Of a DNA stretch of 64,000 nt, positions 1 to 15,038 are shown piece after piece; position 1 is the first letter of the stretch, and every line of letters starts with the position of its first letter. The stretch covers positions 18,748,628 to 18,812,627 of the forward strand of contig CM119263.1 of NCBI GenBank assembly GCA_051294375.1, read 5' to 3'. The position numbers and the translations under genes were made by a program. This stretch comes from Paraspadella gotoi (lineage: Eukaryota > Animalia > Chaetognatha). The notes below the pieces were generated by a model. The model did no database searches. It was not told where the DNA came from and saw only the letters and a list, made by a program, of their open reading frames with translations.

Positions 1-2925
1 TCCTGTAATGTCCTCTGAGAGAATATTTTTTCTGTTTTTCAAATAAAAGAAAATTTTGAAAATTTCCCCTCACTATGTGTTATAAGATGAGAAAAATCAA
101 AACTCGAGCGCCTCGCGAAAATGGAGAAGTGGCCGAAAATTAGATTGGCCGAAAAGCATGAAATTTATATATATATGTATGTATAGACAAAACTTATTCA
201 GGATAATGCAGTATAGAATTTATATGATGGTGGAAAAGGAGCAGATAAGAAGAAGAAATTGAGGTGAGAGTTCAAAATAGGAAAATGGTGAGGATATGAA
301 AAAAGACAAAATACGGAGGAAAAAAAAACCAAAATAAATGAGAAAAACATAAGAAGATAGAACGTAATGGAAATTGTTCGGAAAATGGAAATATTTCGTG
401 AATTAAAGAAAAACAAAGATGATAAAAATACTGGTTAAAAAAGGGTGAAGAAAAATTGGCTCTGATTTCAACGTCGTCGTAGTCGTCCTCGTGATTGTCC
501 CGATTGGCGACACCTCAATTTTGCTTGACGTGAGGGAAGAGCTGATTATTAGAATAATCTATTAAATTACCTTAATGATGAGAGGACTGGGGTAAATGAT
601 TATGATAAAGAGTTGAGAAAAATATGGTAGAAGCAATTGGAACAAAAAAAAAAAAGCAAAAGGTATAGAGGCAATAAAAATTGTTTTTGTTTTTTTCAAA
701 TTTCTTTTCCCATTTCCAGAAATTTCCATTTCTTCAAAACATAAAAACAATCGATATTGGCCGTCCTTTCATGCAACAGCGTCTCCAAAACAAAAATTGA
801 CACCTCCCTCGGGAGAACATCCCCAATTGCGTAACTGCCAAGCAAAAGGCAAGAAGAGGCATCGTCATTGAGTAAAGGCAGAGTCGTTAGTCGAATGAGC
901 AGAAGGCGCGAAGACAGGTTGGCGAGTTGTCGAAGTGGGGAGGTGGAGAGTAGGGTGATGTGAAAATAATAAAATTTTCTAAACTTAATAAAAATATTTT
1001 TTAATTTCATACATTAGTAGGCACCAGTGAGCTATATTTATATATAGTAATAAGCATATAGATTTCAAAATGCAAATTGATTCCAAACTTTCACTTCACC
1101 CTAGTGGAGAGGTTGGCTGGGGACGACAAAATGGCGCCCATATTTCCCTGGGATCTTTTGTCCTCTTGTCGTGGATTTTGTTCTTTTTTTTAACGGAATA
1201 ACGATAAGCCATGACGTTTCAATCGAGCCTAGCGTGCTTCAAATTTTTTTTAATCGTTGATTTCTATTGTTTGATTGTTAATTTATACTCTAGACATATG
1301 ATTAAGTAAAGCTTTTATGGTGCAGTGGCTGCTCTAATATGCTTTAAAATAAATGCCTTAAAATAAATTCAATAAAGTAAATGCAATGAAATCAATACAA
1401 ATAAATGCAACATAAATAGAAAAAAAGTTCATGATATAATAAACGTGTTTACAAAGAGTAAAAAAAAATTATAAAGTTGTTTGATATAAAGAGAAGCGAA
1501 CAAAGAGGGTCCGTAGATAAAAGAGAGAGAAGAAAGGCTTTGGATAAATGAGCCCACGATAAAAAAAATCCCTTTTAATGAAAAAGGACTCGCGAATGGA
1601 GAGGCCGAATTCTAGAGAAGGAGAGATGGAAGGAGGTCGGGGTGGCGAGGGTGGTTTTAAAAGAGTTGGGTGGGGCGTTGAACTGAGGGACAATCAATAA
1701 ACGAGAGTTGAGAGTTGAGATCGAACGTCACGAGTACCGACGATGACGTCTTGATTGGTAGGCGGAAAGTTGGACGTTTGAATCTCGCGGGGTCAAGGAG
1801 CCATAAATCTTGACGTGGTTCGATCGGGGGTCCATAAATTTATCTGCGCATTGCATCATCGTCGTCCATATCGTTCATTTCTTTTAATATCTTTCACTGT
1901 TTCTCCTCCGTATTTGTCAAATAATAGTTGTTGCTGCGTTGTTATTAATGTTTTTTTAGAGTTCGGCTCGGTCACGCAATATTTTTGGAAAAATAACGAC
2001 AAACGTCAAAAAACTCAAATCGATTTTTCTCAACTGTTTTTTATTTTTTTAAGTCGCGCGGTTTTAGTAGATGTAGCGCTGTGTTGCATTGCTCTCTCTC
2101 TTTTTTTTTGTCCTCATTTTTTTTGTTTTATCGATATCAATAAGAGCTATTAAATTAAAAACGTTTAAAAACCGTTTAACGATGAAAGCTAAGTCGCTCC
2201 TGGATCCACTCCGATTACTAGTCCTCTTTCGGGCCACTGGTGTTTTCTTTTGTAATCACTTCTGTCCTCTCATCTTCACTACAGGTCACTTCACGAACTA
2301 TCCAGCGGTTACTCCTCAACCCACTCTCGGATATTTGTCACTCCAGGGCGGAGTGGAGCCAATCTAATCCTCCTTTTTCCTCTTATCTTTCAGCGTCGAA
2401 CGACCATCGCGAAATTCGCTGCGGAATCGAGATAAAAGCAAAAAAGTCAAAGAGTTTTCGGTTTTTTTGTTTTTTTTTGTTTTTGTTTTTTTTTAAGATA
2501 CAATCCAATCATTCAACGGGCACCTAAAAGAACCCTGTAATGCTCGTACTGTACGTTTCTTTTATCTAAATCCAGAAACTTTTATAATTACTAATAAAAT
2601 TCTGAAAAAAGAAAGTAAAATGACTATTTAGAATATTTTTTTCAGTTTTAATCAAGCAATTAAAGCAGGTCGTTGCAATAGGTTTAATTAACGCTTGTAT
2701 GATATAATTTATTATATATTCATTATTCATTCGTAGATAATCTGGGAGATAATAAACTAGACTATGTATGAGAGAATCTCGATTGCATTATAAGAGAGAG
2801 GAAGACCTTAACCTCCCGTAGACTATCCCAAGTCAGGGGCAAGACAGCATATTTATTTATTTATTTATTTTCCATATTGTTTGTCCCCATAAAATGTTTC
2901 TAACATGCAGGTCGACCGAACTGAC

Positions 2926-3052
2926 CTAGAATCGGGAGCAGTAGGAGCAACAGGAGCGTGGCCATGTGCTTGCGATGGAGCCGGTCGCAGGAGTCGTCGA
3001 CGTAGAAATCAGAGGAGATCCACTCCTGGAGTACGGAGAGTTGTGTGTTTGT

Positions 3053-3140
<88 letters not shown>

Positions 3141-3169
3141 CGTACCTTGAGGTTGAGGAGGAAGGACAT
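2926..3169 (-). CDS. Possible 5' exons of an innexin/pannexin-family channel gene (partial)
   Basis: Exon 3169-3146 (MSFLLNLK, donor GTACGT), a (TC)n-filled intron, then exon 3025-2926 (acceptor CTCCAG, donor GTCAGT): EWISSDFYVDDSCDRLHRKHMATLLLLLLLPILG. DDxxDRL followed by a hydrophobic helix resembles the innexin N-terminus/TM1. No downstream exons recognised in the window. Confidence 0.45.
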
Positions 3170-6100
3170 GTTGAGGAAGCCGCCGCCGCCGCCTCGTCTG
3201 TTAGAGTCTTTTTCCTTTCGCTTTTTAGACGCACCTTGTCTGAATGGGAGAGAAGGGAAAAAAAAAAAGAAATCGAGAAAAATGAATAAAAAAACCTGCA
3301 ATACTCCTGGAATTTAGTTGAGTTATCGTGCAAAATTGGAAAACGGAACCAAGTCGCTGCTAAAAAAAAAATAAAAGAGTCAAATTTTGTCTTTCTATTG
3401 CTTCCAATATTTTTTCTCTTTTACCTTTGAGCCAACGTGTGCGTTTACAAGCTTTCCCGGATTTCCGGGTCTGAAACATATTCTAAGCCTAAAGAAAAAC
3501 TTGACCTCGATTTTTATTTTGTCAAGAAAAGAAGGAAAGAAGGAAAGTCGAGATAGCGAGGCCGTTAAAGCCGCTATGATGCTTGAAACAGGTTTTACGG
3601 TTTCTCGTTCTTTCGAGGACGACGACGACGACGGCGACGACGACGAAAGACCACAAGTACAGTCGCACGCACCTCAGAGGCGTTCCGCCCTTTTCGTTAG
3701 TAGAAACACAATCTGTTTCATGATGGAGTCCGAGTTTTTAATTTATTCCCGAACCCGGGGCTTTTTCAATGTATGCGGGTTTATGTGGGGGCGGGGGGAC
3801 TATGCATCGGTCGCTCTATTGTAAAAAAAAATATATTACAATTGAGTTGCCTTTTAAGTTTTAACAGTTTTATTGTTACCAACTATAAAACACTAGACGT
3901 AATGATTTTAATGACGTCCATGAAGACGATGAAAACGACCTCGCAGGCTGAGGGAAAAACCACAAAGAAACTAATGACACCGATGATCAACTAATAAACG
4001 AGCGGCACAAACAAGAAAAAATGTTAAGGTCGTCTGAGACGACGAGAAAAATTAAGGAAGCGTTAAGCGACTTAAAAAATGTTAACTCCCAATTACTAAC
4101 ATCTTCTATTAATTAACGTGGCGCTATTAATGCCTCCAACATGATTTTTGTTGCTTTGCTTTAACTCTCCGAATGACCGAGGTGACCGAAACCATTCTCT
4201 TCATACAACGACGTCCAAAACGCCAACACACCGACGGGCTCCCGCGGTTGTGTTCACGAGACATTTGGAGGCTTTTAAAGAAGTTCGTGACCGGAGGCAA
4301 ACAAAGACGCACCATTGACTCGATTGCTTCCCACTGCAGGGAGTTGGACGAAGTTCCAGTTTTTTGGCGGATGGAGTTGGGGAATAGAAATTGGGCTTCG
4401 TGCTATGAACAATTTTTGAACATGGCATAATGGAATAATAATATAAAGCTGCAGGAAAAGTGAAAAATGTTCCCGTCGTATTTCTGATGAAAGTTTATTA
4501 CTTGTCATTAGATGATAAGACTTTCACTCTTCCGTAGATCTGATCCCGACGATTTTCTTCGTCTTTCAGCCTCATTCAGCTATTGCTCCCACACCGCCAC
4601 CCCGTCCACAAGTCCCATTTACCCCTTGCTGTCGAGCCGACCATTAAGAAATAAGTCTAGCCACTCTGAGCTGTGACGTTCTCCTTGTTTTTCTCTCTCT
4701 CTCTCCTCTCTTCTCTCCCTCTCTCTCCTCCTCTCTCTCTCTCCCTCTCTCTCTCTCTCTCCTTCTCTCTCTCTCTGCTCGCTCTCCTCTTACTCCTCTC
4801 GTTCGTCTCTTCTCTGCTTCTCTTTAAGTCCTCCCAATCATCAGAGTTATTGCCTCGGTCATAACTCCTTATTTAGAACCTACCATTTTAACTCATCGTT
4901 TACTTTATGCACTTTAACATTCTTTCACTTTTACGATGTTGAGTATATATATCATTTAATAAGTCTACAAATTAAAAAAAATACCCAACGAATTATCGAA
5001 ATCGTTATTTCATTCCTATGCTGTTCAACATATCTCTGCATGCGTATTCATATATTATAAAGAAACAACTTTCTGAAATTTGATTTTAAATCTTACGCAG
5101 ATTCCTGTGTCCATACCCTAGAGAGTTTGGCTTTCCATCAAGCTTCCGTGGCTTCTCAAAAGCGACTACACTTACCCAACCTCACTCTCGTTTCGCCAAA
5201 ACCAAATGGATCTTTCCTACATCAAGAATTTTCCTCGTTATAATATTTTTATATCCCCAGCGTCAGGATTTTTTTTTTCCTAAATTGGATTTATGGGAAG
5301 CGAAAACTTTCTACATGCAACAAATGAGTTCATTGAACTTAATTTTACCACCTTTCTCTTTCTTTGTTTTTATTTCTCTCCTGTTATTGTTTTAAAGATT
5401 CCTTTTTTCATCCTCTGCTTTTTTGTTTTCGTTTCAAAAAGCCACCTTTTTTCTTTGCCTCTTGGCTCTTATCCGCGACGTCATTATTATTCCCCGGGGA
5501 GGAATTGAGAAAAATCGAAAGCAGTAAATCTTACGTCTTCGCCTAGGAGACAATCACTTCGTAACGCCCCCGACGCCTTTAGTCTTTAGCGTCGGTGGTC
5601 GCGAGAATCCCTGGGTAACTTCAATCTTATGACGCCATCACTCCTTTACCTCTGCAGTTCACCATCGCAGCGTGATTCTCCGCTCCAGTGTGAAAGCCAA
5701 ATCTCACAATCATCTCCGGAGATTTGCATAAGAATTGGTCTCGTTGTCAGCTCGATACAAAAGAAAGAGAGAGAAGAAGAGATATAAAGAGAACGCTGAT
5801 TTCCTTTTGTTTTTTTTCCCTTAGTAATCCTGTTTCGGTATTATGGGGCGCGCAATCAGTCTCTTGTCTCCCGTGGGTGCGCGCGTGCGAACGCAGAAAC
5901 GCGCGCGACGCGTTTCCTTTGATTACCTTCCTCCAGGCATCTCGGTGAGGTCGTGACAACCCACGCTCTCAACTTCCCCCCCCCCTGCCTTATCCACTCT
6001 GACAGGCCAACGTCATTGTTTCCTTATTCATGTTTTTCCCTAACCTAGTGACACTGGTGACAGCTGCTCCCGAGCACGAGCTTCCCTCTTGCCTTTTTTG

Positions 6101-6678
6101 ACAACTTACTTCCCATCTCTTACTTCCCATATCTTACTTCCCATCTCTTCCTTCGATCTGTAATCTGAGCCATTCTGATTGGAAATTCTCACACGCTCCT
6201 TCGTTTCACGAGATATGATATTAACTTTCTGAGCGTCCGTTGGAATATTAAAGTAAATGAGAATCGCGGCATTGGTTTCTCAGCACCCTTTTCTTCCTGC
6301 ACACCCCTTCACCGCCGAGATCACCCCGTCGCTCCCTCTGTCGCTCCGTCGTCATTAGTGACTCGCAAAGAAAATGTATGTGGCCGCCGCAGTGTCTCCA
6401 TATTGAGTCGCGCAATCGAGAGAGCGAGACGATGTCCACGAGCCAACTCTAAACCGGTCGGCGGTCACGTGATCGACAGTTACGGTTCCAACTTGTGCGA
6501 CGATGTGACGCTTAACGAACGACATGTGATACCATTACCTAATATTGAATTGCTGAGTATCGTCGTGAGGCTCAAGTGAAAAAGAGTTTTCTATATTTAA
6601 AAGTTCTCCGAGCGCCAATATTCATAGCAGAGTAATAATAACTAAGAAAAACTACTTATTCATTTGGCACAGCGAAGA

Positions 6679-6831
<153 letters not shown>

Positions 6832-8001
6832 GAACGAACCATATGCAAGCATGGGCCGCTGAGGACATAATTCCAAGACGATAAAACCCTCGTTCCCACA
6901 ATGCCAGAAATTTTCTGGCTTTTGTTTTGCTGAGGGAAAATGTCAACGCCTTATAAACGACCTTAGCTTTTAGAATTAGCATTAATATGACTTAAATAAA
7001 TTCTCGGAGTATATCCCTGATGAGCGGAGCGAGCAATAAATGGGGAGCGCCTCTGTCCCTAAGATGAGAACGAAAAATGATGAAGGGAAGTGAAGAAGAA
7101 GAGATGATTTTTTTTCCTTTTTTTTTTTGAGAATGACGTCATTGACGTTTTAATAATTTTTCTCATCAAAAGACTCAGATGTTCCGAAGAAAAAGTCTAA
7201 ATTAGAAGCCTTCCTTTTGATATTTTTAATAATTAATGAAACATTTTAAATATAATTTATTATTAACAAATAAAAAAGAGAAATGGTATGAAAACTGGTT
7301 TGTGTGTTAGGCCAGTGAGTCGAAACAACAGTCAAGGCTCTTGAACTATTTGATTTCACCATCGCTTCCATCCTTCTCTTTCAAACGCCAACGCCCGTTT
7401 CAGTTCACTGACTTCCGAGTGCGAAAAAAAAGGGAACCACAACCAGAAAGAAAAGCTTTTTTTTTCACCGGGATCTCTGTGAATTGAGAAGTGTAAAGTC
7501 TTTCTCCTTTCGTCCTTCAAGTTCAACACAAAAGAAAGAATACGTAGAAGGAAAGCGGAAGAGATGAAAGGTTACAAGTGCGTTTTTAAGTTGAGTCGAA
7601 TTTCCAATTCATTAATTGTATTGTACGCATATCATATGTAAAGTATCAATCCAGAGATTTTAATTCAAACCAAAGGTTTTTTTCTTTAAACATCAAATTT
7701 AAGTATTATTCGCTGTCACGATTATTTTTTTTCTGTCAAGTTTTTCCCTAAGCCATATTTATGTATCATTTCGCTTTTGTGGCTTTTGTTTTTTTTTCGT
7801 CCCTCATATCTTTCCTCTCCAGCGCCTCCGTCTTTGATCTTAGATTTCCGTCTTTCCAGCTCACTGCCTTTTCCTTTTCCGGACTTTTCGCCGAGCTCCA
7901 ATCAAATATGCATTTACTACCATAAAAGGAGAGATCGAAAGAAATGGAACCTTTTTTTTCCGGGGGAGTTGTGAGAAAAAAAGAAATAGAAAAAGAAAGA
8001 A

Positions 8002-8111
<110 letters not shown>

Positions 8112-11100
8112 AGGAATTACCAGAGAATTTATTCAAGACAATTAACGAAGTCGGAATTTGATTTTCTTAACCATATTTGCGAACTCGATTTTTTATCCGC
8201 ATAAAAAATTCCCAACCGACTAAAACCGGCTCGATCAACATTTATTTATTCACGACCGTTTGCCATATCACGCCGACTTCATATTCATCTTGGGAGTCAA
8301 GTCTGAACGAGGCTCCTCCTTCTGATACATCAACGCTCGTTGTCAAATGTCAAATTTCACGTTTAATAAAATTTTGGCCCCGGAGAGTTGCGCAAACAAG
8401 AAAATCTCGAGTTTCCTTACGATATAGGGTTGGTTACCCGGTTTAATTTTCCCCAGCTTCCCGTTCCTTCCCCCCTCCTCTCACCTCTTGTACGGTTTGG
8501 CAGGTTTTAACTTTTTTCTCGCGCCCTCTCCTCCTCTTCCTCCGCCGCTGCTGAATGCTCCTCCTTTTTTGACTGTTCGATGGATGTTCACGCTTCCGTA
8601 GCCGCTGTCTGACGAGCCATTGCTGCTGCTCCCCGAGCTCTGAGAGGTAAGGAGCGATCGGGGAATAGAGGGAGGTGGAGTAGGGAGTAGGCGTGGTGAG
8701 GTGAGGTGCGTTGATTGAAATCAGTGTTGTGGCGCGATGGGTAAATATCGTTTTGGGTCACAGGAGATAAGGGTAGAAAGAGAGCGGGAGAGGGAGCGAT
8801 GAGAGATGATTTGAGAGCGGAAAAAGGGATAAAAAAATGAGAAAAAGTCGTTAAAACCCTTATCAGTCGTTAGACTTCAACGCGGCCTCACGCAACCTCA
8901 TCATCACTCATCCGTTCGTCTCAGGCATTAAACCTGTGGGTTCGACTCGCCCCTCCCTCATTATCTGTTAGAACCATTTGGTTTTACTGTATTATTTGTA
9001 AACCTTATTTGAACGAGCCACTTGGTTTAACTGAATTGGAGGAAGGTAAGGCAAGAATAACAGTTTTCCCGTTATTATTTCTCGCGGAAAATCCTCTCGC
9101 TCTCTCTCTCTCGCTCCCGAGGTAACGATCGTAAAGCGATTTTTCTCGTCGTTGGTTCCGACGCTCAAGCGCCTTCTTCCCCAACTCCGCCCTAAACCTT
9201 CACCCCCACCCTTTCCTCTCAGCGCCCCCACCATTTCCTCCCAGCGCCCCCACCCTTTTCTCTCAGAAAAGCCATTGGCGCCGCCGTTTCCGCCGCAGTT
9301 TCCGCCCGCGACGACGACCGACGGGGCGGCGCCGGTAATCCTATTCTAAGTGATGTAGAGTTGGGCGAGTTGCAGATGAGGTGAGGTAAAATCGGGTCGG
9401 GGAAAACGGTAAAATTATATATGGTAAAGTGAAGCTGCGGAAAAGATATTTGCAGAGATATGTCTGTCTGGTGAGGCATATTTGAAGTGGGTTAATATTA
9501 CGCAAAGTTAGTTAAATTGTGATGTGGATAAGGACGTGAGTATGATTTTGTTTGTCCGACTGAAAAAAGGATGAAATAATTCCGAGAGTGGAGGATGATT
9601 CCTCTTTTATCATAACCGAGATGGGACGTGGTTCCGGGAAAGAATGAGGTCATCATCCCAAGAAAATAGAAAATTTATTCTGGTCATCGCAAGAAAATCG
9701 CTTTTTTCACATTGAACATTGTTTTCATGCACGATTTGTGAACCAGTATGTGCACATGTTTTAGTATGTATAAATTTGAAACCAACAGCACTTGATATAG
9801 CTAAATCGTGCACTAAAACGTCTTCCATAAGAGGCCCATACTCATAAATATTGGTTAATGGCGTCAACTGAGGCTTAACACTCAATTGTTTTACGGCGAA
9901 ACATTTTATTTAATCAAGTGAAAAATCACTTTGTCTTCGACAACCACTAAATAAAGTGGAGCAACAAAACGGTTCAACAAAATCCCGTTCCCTTTGCCCC
10001 GCCGCGCAAAGGTCGTAGTTAATTGCTCGTAAAGGCGGAAATCAACTCGAGCGAAAAAAAGCGTCGAAAGGTGAAAATCGTTACATAACGATTAATCATT
10101 AAATAAACAGCTGCCTTTTAACGAAAGCACACGGTGAGCGGTTAAAGCTAAGGGCAGTATTAAAAAAAAAAAAAATCGACCAAGCGGAAAATTTAAACGA
10201 ATAAGTTTCTGCTTTAAACGGAACTTTACGGTTACACGGAGGGACGATAAAAAGTCAAAGGGAGGAACGAGAGAAAAAAAAAAGGAGGAAAAAGAGGAAA
10301 AAGAAATAAAATTGAAAAGAAAATTGAAGGCGACAGTAATCTACGGAGGGGAATTGGGAAAGTGAGAGAAAAGGTAAGATAGGAATGAAAAGATAAAAGG
10401 CGAGAAGATTGGAGGTGACGCGAAGAGAAGCAAATGGGGGAAAGAAAAAAAAAAGGAAAGAAAAACCCAAAATTGTAAAAAACTATACCGTTACATAGTT
10501 TCGACAGGGAAAAAACTATAGTCATTCTGATTTTCATATTTACTCAATACTTATACATCAGAATAATCGATTATTTGGTACATAAAAGGATAACAGCTGA
10601 GAAAGGACCAACCACATAATGCCTGACAAGTCTCCTCAGCATCCGAAAACAAAAAAATATCCCGAGAATGGGAGAAGATGGAAAAGGAGATTAAGGAAAA
10701 GAAAACTAAAAGAAAAGGCGGGGAAAGAAAAGAAAAGAGGGGGAAAAAAAGAAAAGTGAGAGAAAGGAACGGAGCTAAAAGCGGAGGAGTCGTTCAAGGA
10801 GAATAAGAGAAGAAGAAGAAGAAGAAGAAGAAGAAGAGAATTAATGCGAAAAAGATTAAGGAGAGTCGATCAAGAAAAGGAGGAAAGACCGAAAAATAAC
10901 TATGACAACTACCTCTGAGTTTTTCAGAATAAACTCTTTTAAACACTATTAAACAGTTTTATCTAAAAAAGAGAGTGAACATATTATCGACCTGCAGCGT
11001 TCTACCACCACGTTTGTGGGAAAGAAAGAAAAAACCCTGGGACGCCCTTTTTGCGTGATATTTGGTTGCGACGTGATTAGGAATAGGAAAACCAGAAACG

Positions 11101-11123
11101 AATCCTGCATCAAATTCCATATC

Positions 11124-11263
<140 letters not shown>

Positions 11264-13774
11264 CTCCACCGCACAGTCTTCCTTCTCGTTTTGTTTGTCC
11301 TTCTTCCCTCTGAACCAGAATTCGCGTTTTATTGACAAAACGTTTAACTTTAGAAAAAGTTATCCTTGATTTAAATCAGACAGCAAAAAAACGGTTTACA
11401 TGTTTAAACGAAACCGTCAATTAATTCCATCAAACAACATCATTAAAATTACATTGTCATCATAATCTCGCTCAGGAACCAAACAGAACTCGGCTGAACT
11501 CTAGTATATTGTTGATATTATTGTTACTGCCTCTGGCCCGACCGTCATTATCACCGCGCGTGAACGCTTCTAAACCATCACTGTCATTACCATTCCGGCA
11601 ATTGTCTATCAGAAGCCGTCGAACAATGACGCGTTGGTGGTCGAGGGCGGCGAAGGAGTTTTGAACGGCGGAGGCGAGGGGAGGGGGGAGAGCGGGGTGG
11701 GTGAAGTGGGGGGAAGGTGAAGGAAAGGAGGGGGAGGAAAAGAAAAAGACAAATAAAGGAAAGAGGTGGTTGGAAAAGGGAAAGATTAAAAAGAAAAGTT
11801 TAAAAAAAGTGAGGGGGGAGGAAGAAAAGAGGAAGAAATGAAGGGTGAAGAAAAGAGAAAAGAAAAATGAGAAGAGGAGGGATAAAAGAAGGGAGTCAAA
11901 CGCCAACCGCGATGGCGAGAGAGTTTCTTTGAGGTTGTAGAGCGATGTGCCAAGTCATCGGACCGGGCAATGGTGAGCACAGGGTGAAGTCGACAGGTAA
12001 GGCCGAATGGTAAGTTTAAATCTTTTGCCGGAAGCTATCGCGTCGGGAATCCAGCGGCGGAATTCGTCCGGCGTGCGAAGGAGATCCGAGCGACTCCCCG
12101 CGGATCGACAAGAGATTGGCGAACCTTCCAGGAATTTGGATTTGGAGGAAGAATGAAGAAAAATCGACCGGAAAATCCGGATGGAAATTTGTGGTCGAAT
12201 GGAAGAGAGGGGATGGAGCGAGTAATAAGGCAAGGTAAGTTACGGGTTCGATATTCGGCTTAGCTTCTATTCAAGTGCGTTTCTTTTTCTTTTCTCTTCG
12301 TCGAGACTGGCGGCTTATCTTTTTTTTTTTAAGGCGACGCCTTCCAGAACTTGTCAAAGCTTCTTCTCTCAGCCCTTTGGCAGAGGATTAAGGGGTCAAC
12401 GGTGGGCGGCCCGGGAGTTGGTTGTCGTTTTTGTTGTTGTTGTGGGACCGGCGACCGAATCGCAACTCGGACAAAAAAGTAGAAATAATTTGCGTTTAGA
12501 AAAAGGGTTCTTTACTGGGAAATGCTTGTCCGAAGCGTCTCGAGTCTTTTGGGAGGTTTGCGGACGGGAAGGCCGATATAAAACGCCGAAGTGTCGGGCG
12601 GAACGATCGATGATTAGTCGATATCTTCCGGGATCGGAGAGAGACGAACTGTGATTGGTCGATTGATTTTCGAAGTCGGGCGCCGACGAACGAGTTTAGT
12701 TTAGAATTGGAATTGAATTGATGAGCTGGTTGTTGTTGTCTTTGTTGATGTTGACGAAATGATTCGCCCCAACGCGTTCGGTTAGCGTCACATCCTGGAC
12801 GGAGACGTTGACGACATCGCCAACTCCACCGTCCTCGACGTCACTTCGAACGCGTCGGATTTCGACGCCGCTTCCTTCCCGCGGCGCCGGCAATCAGGAG
12901 GCGTCATCGGTTCGGCGGCGTCCTTAAGACGCAGCGCCGACGCCTTGGAAACGTTGGCGCCCGGGCGCGACGGTTTGCTCTCCACTTTGTCCATGCGAAA
13001 TGTTGTACGAAATAATTTCCAAATTGAATCGTTGATTTTGTATTTATGCCGCGTTAGCGTTTGTCTGTGCTTTTGTTTGTTTATGTTCGCGAGAATAGTT
13101 AATGATAGAAAGAGTTGAAAGATAAAAATGGATTATCGATTTATATTAAGAAAAAACATAAGGAGAAGTAAAATTTGTTGCGGTGCCGTGTAATAATGTA
13201 ATTATTAAACTAAAGAATGCATGGTTAAGAGGCAAAACTTGTTATATTTTGAGAAGAAAAAATCGATTATAAAAAAAAGTGAAGTTTAGCATTTTGAGGT
13301 TTCGATGCTTGTAAAATGTCTACATAGGTTATTTTTTTTTGTTTTGAGGCAGGTTTTATCTTTTTGTAAGGGATTTTATGACTTTTTCAGTTAAAAACGT
13401 AGTATAAGTTTGGTTTTGACCAGTTGAATGTTTTCTTAAGCCTTTTTTTCCTTAAACTTCTTCTTTGCGAATCCATTAAAATGTAATGCGTTTTTTTGCT
13501 TTTTTTTTTATCGGTTTTCTGCGGGAGAGGGAAAAAAAATGTCGAGTAAGTGAATGAGAGAAAGAAGAAAGAGAGACTGAAAAATAAGAGAGAGTGAACT
13601 GAAGATGAAAGAGAGAGAGAGACGGAGAGAAAGATGGAACGAAAAGAGTTAAAAAAAGAAAAAATACTATTCGCGGCAGTTTGGAAAACTCTAGACCAGA
13701 AAGGAAAATGTTTTACCGAGAAATTAATAAGCGAGACCGAGAAAAAGATGGAAATGAGAAACAGATAGAGAGAA

Positions 13775-13872
<98 letters not shown>

Positions 13873-14404
13873 CGACCAAGAATAACAGAGCGCCTGTCTC
13901 TGAATTAGGGAAACACGAAACGAAGTTTGCCTTAGAATTCATATTAAAGGTTGCTTCATTCGATGAAATTTCAATGGATGGAACCAAACCGGTATTTGGA
14001 CGTTGAGAGGCAGACAATGCACATAACTCGGTAGACAGTAAACTGTTTTAAAAATTGAAAGAACAAGAAATATATAAAAGAAAAAAAGAAAGAAATTATA
14101 ATTATACCGTCATTAAATGTCTATTGCAGTATAATTTTATAACAGAGAACAAAAGCAGTCGTTGTGTGATATTTCGAATAGACTTGAAGTTACTTTGGGA
14201 GAAGATTTATAAACAAAGCGAAAAAGAAATTGACTTTGACAAAAGTCGAGGAACGATTTGTTTCTCGAGGAGAGATTAAATTAAGACGGTCAGTCTTTGA
14301 AAATGAAAAAGGAGACGGGGAAGAGAGGAAGAGGAAAACTCAAAGAAATTAGAACCAAATTCGATCGATAAATTTTTGGAGAGAACACCACCGGAGGGAG
14401 ATAA

Positions 14405-14472
<68 letters not shown>

Positions 14473-14477
14473 AGACA

Positions 14478-14548
<71 letters not shown>

Positions 14549-14647
14549 TCATGGGACGGAAAATTCTTTTTATTTTATTTTCATTGATTATTCCCCACGG
14601 TAAATTTCGCTTTGTGTGGTTGCGATAATTAGGGAGAGAGAGAGTGA

Positions 14648-14749
<102 letters not shown>

Positions 14750-14965
14750 CTAGCGCTCCGTATCACTTAGTCGTGTGCTGAAGGCATGAAGAATTATCAA
14801 TCGTCTTCGATAGTAAAAATCGAAGATGGTCAGAGCGTCTCGGCTTCTTTCTTTTCCTCCCAACTCCAAATGATTTTTTTCTCTCTTTTCTTTTATTCTC
14901 TTCAGGGAAAAAAAAGGTTTTTTTATGCCTTCATTTGTGCTTCTCTCTTGGCTGGAGACTTGGCA

Positions 14966-15038
<73 letters not shown>

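Noticed and set aside
2790-2850. TAACCTC...TCCCAAG as a further twister fragment
   Set aside because: P4, P5 and the T1 partner cannot be formed; too degenerate to call.
4173-4430. 85-aa ORF with LPRLCSRDIWRLLKKF (faintly F-box/SOCS-box-like)
   Set aside because: No supporting exons or recognisable family; it may be a terminal exon but cannot be supported.
6105-6146. Three 14-nt repeats (CTTACTTCCCATCT), and similar short repeats at 29024-29083 and 31123-31206, as CRISPR-like arrays
   Set aside because: Adjacent tandem repeats without regular unique spacers, in eukaryotic DNA with no cas genes.
7013-7050. CCCTGATGAGCGGAGCGAGC as a hammerhead
   Set aside because: No GAAA after a credible stem II and no stem III.
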